Below are positions 59,018 to 64,000 of a stretch of 64,000 bases of DNA, in pieces (position 1 is the stretch's first letter; every line of letters starts with the position of its first letter). The notes below the pieces were generated by a model. It was not told where the DNA came from, did no database searches, and saw only the letters and a list, made by a program, of their open reading frames with translations. Both the position numbers and the translations under genes were made by a program. Source of the stretch: Planctomycetota bacterium (GTDB lineage Bacteria; Planctomycetota; UBA8108; UBA1146); contig JACETR010000006.1 of assembly GCA_013911165.1 (NCBI GenBank), positions 4,570-68,569 on the forward strand. The letters are read 5' to 3'.

Positions 59018-60117
59018 AGTTCTTCATACTGGGAGATGACCGGATCCCAGCGGAATTGATCTTCCACCCTTTGACGCCCTGTGCTCGCAAAGAGGGATCT
59101 TCGTTCGGCATCTTCCAGCAGCGTGCGCGCCCCCTGAGAGAGAGCTTCAATATCTCCGACCGGGGCGAGGAAACCGGTCTCGCCATCGACGATCACTTCC
59201 GGCATTCCACCGGAAGCGGTCGCGATCACGGGCAATCCACACGCCATCGCTTCAAGGGCGGCCAGTCCAAAGGACTCGTTTTCACTGGGCAGCAGGAAGA
59301 GATCAGAACTGGCAAGCAGGGGGGCGGTGTCATCGATGATGCCCAGCCAGTGGACCCTGTCCCAGACTCCCAGTTCTTTTGCGAGACTCTCTGCTGCAGC
59401 CCGATCAGGTCCATCACCGATCATCAACAATCTGGCGGAGAGACCCGCTGTTGATTTGGCGAAGATGCGAATGACATCTCCCGTGCGCTTGACCGGCCTG
59501 AAGTTGCTGACGTGAGCGAGAAGCAACTCACCCTCCGGAGCAAATCTTGCCCGCAATTGATCACAGCCCCTCGATGTTGAAAACGCATCGGTATCCACGG
59601 CATTGGGGATCGTCTCGACCTGCAGATGCGATCCGAGCTCATTGTGGGTTTCACGGGCGAGCCAGTCGCTGACACCGGTGACATGATCACTTTCTTCCAT
59701 CGCCCAACGGGTGATATCCGTGTAGGACGGGTCTGCACCAACGAGGGTGATATCGGTTCCGTGAAGGGTGGTCACTACCTTGACCCCATGATCCGCGTTC
59801 ATGTTGCGTGCCAGAATCGCTGCCAATGAATGGGGAATCGCGTAGTGGGCATGAATGATCTCGATGTCGTGATCCTGGATAACCCTCGACAACTGGTTCG
59901 CCAGAGCCAGGGCATAGGGCGGATAGCGAAAGAGCGGATAGGAAGAAACATTGACCCGGTGATAGTGAACTCCCAGGGTCAGCGGGTCGAGTCGGAAGGG
60001 TCTCTCGTGGGAGACGAAATGAATCTCGTGCCCATTCTTTGCCAATCGCATTCCCAACTCGGAAGCGATCACGCCACTTCCTCCATGGGTCGGGTGACAG
60101 ACGATGGCGATCTTCAT
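58987..60117 (-). CDS. bshA: N-acetyl-alpha-D-glucosaminyl L-malate synthase (GT4)
   Basis: CHPTHGGSGVIASELG, YPLFRYPPY, HAHYAIPH, TTLHGTDITLVG, HVSNFRPVKR, ESFGLAALEAM. Confidence 0.93.
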   Translation of the reverse strand: MKIAIVCHPTHGGSGVIASELGMRLAKNGHEIHFVSHERPFRLDPLTLGVHYHRVNVSSYPLFRYPPYALALANQLSRVIQDHDIEIIHAHYAIPHSLAAILARNMNADHGVKVVTTLHGTDITLVGADPSYTDITRWAMEESDHVTGVSDWLARETHNELGSHLQVETIPNAVDTDAFSTSRGCDQLRARFAPEGELLLAHVSNFRPVKRTGDVIRIFAKSTAGLSARLLMIGDGPDRAAAESLAKELGVWDRVHWLGIIDDTAPLLASSDLFLLPSENESFGLAALEAMACGLPVIATASGGMPEVIVDGETGFLAPVGDIEALSQGARTLLEDAERRSLFASTGRQRVEDQFRWDPVISQYEELYGQLFSGGS

Positions 60118-60118
60118 C

Positions 60119-60892
60119 TCAGGCACCCCCACCTTCGCGAGCACTCAAGCCGCGGCCATGAATCATGTCGACGGGATTGGTGACCGCCGGTGGATCCTGC
60201 CACTTGAGTGCTTCACCGAATTCGACACCGACCCTTCCCCCCAGATCTCTGGCACGCCCCTCGACTGCCAGCATGAACTCCGGTCTGGAAATCTTGGTGG
60301 GCGGCCCATCCTTGCCCGGCTGATGAAATTGGGAGGCATAACACTGAACCGCTTCACACTTGCGAGCCCAGTGATCAGTGACATCGACGATGACACTGGG
60401 GTCAAAGGGGGTGTGACACATGTAGTATCCCAGAGTTGCAGGTCTGTGCTGGGTCTCCGCGGGAGTCCCCCCCGGATACATCTTCACACCGCCAAGATAG
60501 AGACTGCGATAGGCCAGCAAGCCTGCTCCGGCGTGATCCGGATGCAGATCATCTCTCCAGGGGGCAAGCATGACCCGCGGGCGGGTATGGCGAACGACAG
60601 CCACCAGTTTTTCACGGGCTTCATCCGTATCCCTGACAGAACCATCCGGCAGGTCGAGACAGACGCGGTAATCAATCCCCAGAACTTCTGTCGCTGCCGC
60701 CGTTTCCTGAGCGCGCAGCTCGGGGGTACCACGACTCGACAGTTCTCCCCGGGTCAAATCGACGATGCCCACCCGGTGCCCACTGGCAAGGGTGGCCAGG
60801 ATTGTTCCGCCAATGGAGATTTCCGCATCGTCGGGGTGGGCAGCGACCACCAGCAGATCCAGAGGTTCATTCATGGGCTCAAGAGGATTCAT
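60119..60892 (-). CDS. bshB1: Bacillithiol biosynthesis deacetylase BshB1 (PIG-L family)
   Basis: AAHPDDAEI, DLTRGELSSRGT, HPDH, CYASQF; directly upstream of bshA. Confidence 0.9.
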   Translation of the reverse strand: MNPLEPMNEPLDLLVVAAHPDDAEISIGGTILATLASGHRVGIVDLTRGELSSRGTPELRAQETAAATEVLGIDYRVCLDLPDGSVRDTDEAREKLVAVVRHTRPRVMLAPWRDDLHPDHAGAGLLAYRSLYLGGVKMYPGGTPAETQHRPATLGYYMCHTPFDPSVIVDVTDHWARKCEAVQCYASQFHQPGKDGPPTKISRPEFMLAVEGRARDLGGRVGVEFGEALKWQDPPAVTNPVDMIHGRGLSAREGGGA

Positions 60893-62465
60893 TCGGACTC
60901 TCCGATTCACTCTTCTCACTTGATGAGGCCAAAGGCCAGGGGCTGACACGGCCATCCCATCGTGTGATGTTCCCGGAGATGAGAGTGATCATCTCCTGTA
61001 ATGCACCGAGTCCCTGCCAGGCCAGCAGATCACACAGGTTACGGCTTCTTTCCGGTTCCATCCCCCCCGGAAAAGCCCTGTCGACCCACGCCCTGGCACG
61101 ATTCCGTTTCGCCTCGACCTCGAGATCCAGACCCAGATCCACCGATCTCCCCAGACTCTCGAGTTGTTTCTGCCAACGGCTTCGCAGACGCTCCGCTTTC
61201 TTCCGCAGTGCAGGATTGGAAAACGGATCCGTGGCGAGTGACTGCAACTTTTCAAAAAGTTCTGAAGAGGCCTGCGACAGCTCTTCCCGTTTCAGTGCAC
61301 CCTTGTCGTTGGGAATCAGAAGTGACAGGTCTACGCCCGGGACCAAACGGTCCAGCCCCACTCCCAGTTCCGTCAACGCCTCGATCAGATCAGACTCCAG
61401 CGGCCGCAATCCCGGGCGCGGTAACCACAGGGGTTGGGTGATATCCCAACGCTTGCGAATGATGCGCGTCTGCAGGGTGTAACACCATTCGGTCGCCCCC
61501 AGGATGACCGCTGCAGGTTCCAGAATCGCATCCTGGATCACCCCTCTCAGGAGTGCATCCGCAGAGAGCCTCTCTGAATCTGCAAAGAGTTCCATCTCCT
61601 CAGAGGACTCCGGGCGAACTCTCTCACCAGCGGTATCGATCACAAAGAAAGGAGCACCATCACGGGGACGAACCGGTGCAGGAATCCCCTGCTCCACTTG
61701 CTCACTGCTCGCTCTTCTGACTTCCTGCTGATAGACCCCGGATTCACTGTGGGCTTTTTCGATCCAGGGCAACTGCAAGCCGCGAAGCCACTGCGGGTAA
61801 ATCGGCAACCACGCTTCTTCCGGAAGAAACTGCCACAGGAGATTGCAGAATTCTGCTGACGGAGATGGGTCCAGAGCTTTGCGCATGAGTGAAAGAATTT
61901 CGGCCGAATGGGGAGCGCCCTCAAAACAGTCTTCGAGTTCCCTGATCCGCTCTTCTGTGGAGAGCGGATGGCGCAGGCCTGAAATCGGTCTCCGGCCGCG
62001 GTCGAAGGGAACTCCGAGCTGGGAACCATTGCGAAAGCTTCCCGGATTGAGTTCCCCGACATCGTGGTCTTCATCGGCGATCCAGAAGAGAGCGACTGCG
62101 GGGATTCCCCGCTTTTCCAGATCCGCGGCCAGGCCGATGGCCGACAGAAGTTTCACCGTACTCAAAAGGGGCCCCGCACACAAAGCCGGTTGCTGACCCG
62201 CCAGAATGATCTGGCAGGAAGGGTCCTGCAGTTTATTCAATGCAGACCGGGGGCCATTTGGCAATGGAAGGGTGTCCCAATGGGGCTTCAACTCTTCCAC
62301 CCACTCGGTTCTGCGAGCCGGATCCCAGCGGTGATTTTTCACATGACGGGAAACGTCATCCGCATCGATGGCGACAGGCCCCATCACCGCATCCCACCCC
62401 GGTCCCCTTTTCAGGCGAAGGTCGAGTGCGTTATGAACAGTGGGTTGGCCCGTGCCGTCATTCAT
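60879..62465 (-). CDS. bshC: Bacillithiol biosynthesis protein BshC (divergent)
   Basis: AGQQPALCAGPL, FWIADEDHD, SADALLRGVIQD, GATE, FPGGMEPER; operon with bshB1 and bshA. Confidence 0.85.
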   Translation of the reverse strand: MNDGTGQPTVHNALDLRLKRGPGWDAVMGPVAIDADDVSRHVKNHRWDPARRTEWVEELKPHWDTLPLPNGPRSALNKLQDPSCQIILAGQQPALCAGPLLSTVKLLSAIGLAADLEKRGIPAVALFWIADEDHDVGELNPGSFRNGSQLGVPFDRGRRPISGLRHPLSTEERIRELEDCFEGAPHSAEILSLMRKALDPSPSAEFCNLLWQFLPEEAWLPIYPQWLRGLQLPWIEKAHSESGVYQQEVRRASSEQVEQGIPAPVRPRDGAPFFVIDTAGERVRPESSEEMELFADSERLSADALLRGVIQDAILEPAAVILGATEWCYTLQTRIIRKRWDITQPLWLPRPGLRPLESDLIEALTELGVGLDRLVPGVDLSLLIPNDKGALKREELSQASSELFEKLQSLATDPFSNPALRKKAERLRSRWQKQLESLGRSVDLGLDLEVEAKRNRARAWVDRAFPGGMEPERSRNLCDLLAWQGLGALQEMITLISGNITRWDGRVSPWPLASSSEKSESESPNESS

Positions 62466-63232
62466 CACTTGTGTTGCGCCGATCTCTCTGCGGTAAAGAT
62501 CATGCGTGGTGAGGTCCCGGGGATCTGATCCGATCCATCCCAGTCTCCCCGGCATGCCAGCGGAGCCCAGCCACTCTCTTCCAACATTTTGGTCACTTCA
62601 GATTTTGTGAACAGCCGGACCGACTCAATATAGTGACTCTCTCCCGCTGGCCCCGTCAGGGTTACTCTCTTTTCCACTCTTTTTCCATCCTCAGTGATAC
62701 TGCGCTCCTCGAGGATCGACTTGTCGCCGACGACTCTTTCGCTGACAGGAACAAGCTTGTTCACGATCAAATCCCGGTCAGGAAGATCGAGCAAAAAGCG
62801 GCCGCCCTTCCTCACCACACGGGCGACCTCTGCCAGGACGCCCTGATTTTCTTCATCGGTTTCGAAGTAACCAAAGGAAGTGAAAAACATCAGCACTGCA
62901 TCGAAATGATCCACCTCAAAGGGCAACTGCCTCATGTCTCCCTGATGGAGAATCACCGACTCCTGCAGATGACGGCGGGCTTCCGCGAGCAATTCTTCAG
63001 AAAGGTCGAGGCCGTGAAGTTCAAAGGCAGATCCCTGAAGCCAACGGGAGTGACGCCCTGCGCCACAGCAGAGGTCGAGAACACGGGCTCCCTCCTCAGG
63101 GCTCAGCCAGTCGAGAGCAGCGGCGACTTCTGCCTCGGCGGATTCCACGCTTCTTCCCGGGTAGACCTGCAGGTACTCGGACCTGAAGGCCCGCTGATAC
63201 CACGGATCGGTGCCCGCCCCGGTTCGACTCAT
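62465..63232 (-). CDS. Class I SAM-dependent methyltransferase, candidate N-methyl-bacillithiol synthase (NmbA-like)
   Basis: YLQVYPGR, VLDLCCGAGRHS, GDMR, FFTSFGYF, ESVRLF; stop overlaps the bshC start. Confidence 0.85.
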   Translation of the reverse strand: MSRTGAGTDPWYQRAFRSEYLQVYPGRSVESAEAEVAAALDWLSPEEGARVLDLCCGAGRHSRWLQGSAFELHGLDLSEELLAEARRHLQESVILHQGDMRQLPFEVDHFDAVLMFFTSFGYFETDEENQGVLAEVARVVRKGGRFLLDLPDRDLIVNKLVPVSERVVGDKSILEERSITEDGKRVEKRVTLTGPAGESHYIESVRLFTKSEVTKMLEESGWAPLACRGDWDGSDQIPGTSPRMIFTAERSAQHK

Positions 63233-63445
63233 GATCTCCTGCCTTCTGTTTCTGAAACGCTGAAGCCCCAAATTTGACTCCAGAGGTCCATTTTCCATTT
63301 TCCCGTGAAGATTTCACTCCCACAAGAGAACCGTTGGCCAATCGAAGGTCGATTTGAAGGCCCTTGCCTGCCCTCCCCCCAAGCGTTACTGAGAAGGGTC
63401 GCAGGGGGATTTTCCCTTCAGATTTGGCCGGAAACGGGGAGTAGA

Positions 63446-64000
63446 TTGAAGAATATCGCCAGGGTCGCCATTCCGGTTCCGATCCATGAGGCCTTCGATT
63501 ATCGGATCCCGGATGAAATGCTGGGGCAAATTGTCCCCGGAACCCCTGTCCTAGTCCCCTTTGGTCCCAGCCGTCGGTACGGCTGGGTGATCGAGACGAC
63601 AGACCACTCTGTGCATCCCAAATTGAGAAAAATCCACTCTGTCGTCGAGGATGGAGCCACCCTCTCCGAGGAACTGCTGACCCTCCTCGATTGGACTGCG
63701 AACTACTACGTCTGCGGAATCGGTGAAGCCATCGAGACGGCACTTCCCAAACCGGTTCGGGAACGAAAGGTTCGCCAGGTGCGCTGGGTCCGGGGTCTCG
63801 AAGGGGCACGCCCCGACGAAAAGGGTGGTGGTGCCGACGCCCGCAATCGGGTCCTCGAGTTTTTGCAACAACATCCCAAACCTGTTCCCCTGCGACGACT
63901 CGTCGAAGAATGCGGGATCAGTGACAGCCCCATCAAAACTCTGGCGAAAAAGGGGCGTATCGAGATCTTTGAAAGTCTGCCTCCGGAATTCGGTGTACCC
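63446..64000 (+). CDS. priA: Primosomal protein N', N-terminal part (runs off the right edge)
   Basis: Not in the ORF track. Manual translation from TTG 63446 gives MKNIARVAIPVPIHEAFDYRIP..GTPVLVPFG..GWV..LLDWTANYY..GEAIETALP, the PriA 3'-DNA-binding domain. Confidence 0.85.
   Translation, partial: MKNIARVAIPVPIHEAFDYRIPDEMLGQIVPGTPVLVPFGPSRRYGWVIETTDHSVHPKLRKIHSVVEDGATLSEELLTLLDWTANYYVCGIGEAIETALPKPVRERKVRQVRWVRGLEGARPDEKGGGADARNRVLEFLQQHPKPVPLRRLVEECGISDSPIKTLAKKGRIEIFESLPPEFGVP

Overview
Gene-dense bacterial chromosomal segment, about 56 CDS, with no rRNA, tRNA, CRISPR array, transposase or phage gene recognised. The gene repertoire (PVC-type heme CxxCH protein, DUF1080, three secreted proteins with a Cys-containing dockerin-like C-terminus, DEAGYGP-type RNase HII-like protein) suggests a Planctomycetota genome; this is an inference. 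Housekeeping and metabolic genes include partial tldD, nagA, a ROK kinase, rpmH, fpr, a Tro/Mnt-type metal ABC operon with a DtxR-family regulator and candidate operator, trmH-like, fhs, ubiD-family, proS, mog and partial priA. The most notable items are: (1) an FHA-TM-M64 metallopeptidase gene followed by a FlhG/MinD-type ATPase; (2) a SprT protease ending in a clamp/PIP-box motif (QGTLFRFF); (3) a coupled methyltransferase-bshC-bshB1-bshA operon, a candidate N-methyl-bacillithiol pathway; (4) tandem dockerin-tagged thermolysin/fungalysin-like peptidases; (5) two coupled DNA adenine methyltransferases with no neighbouring nuclease; (6) paralogous secreted single-domain VWA proteins. All family calls come from motif recognition by eye, with no database search. 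Start codons were adjusted where RBS or overlap evidence favoured a downstream start.
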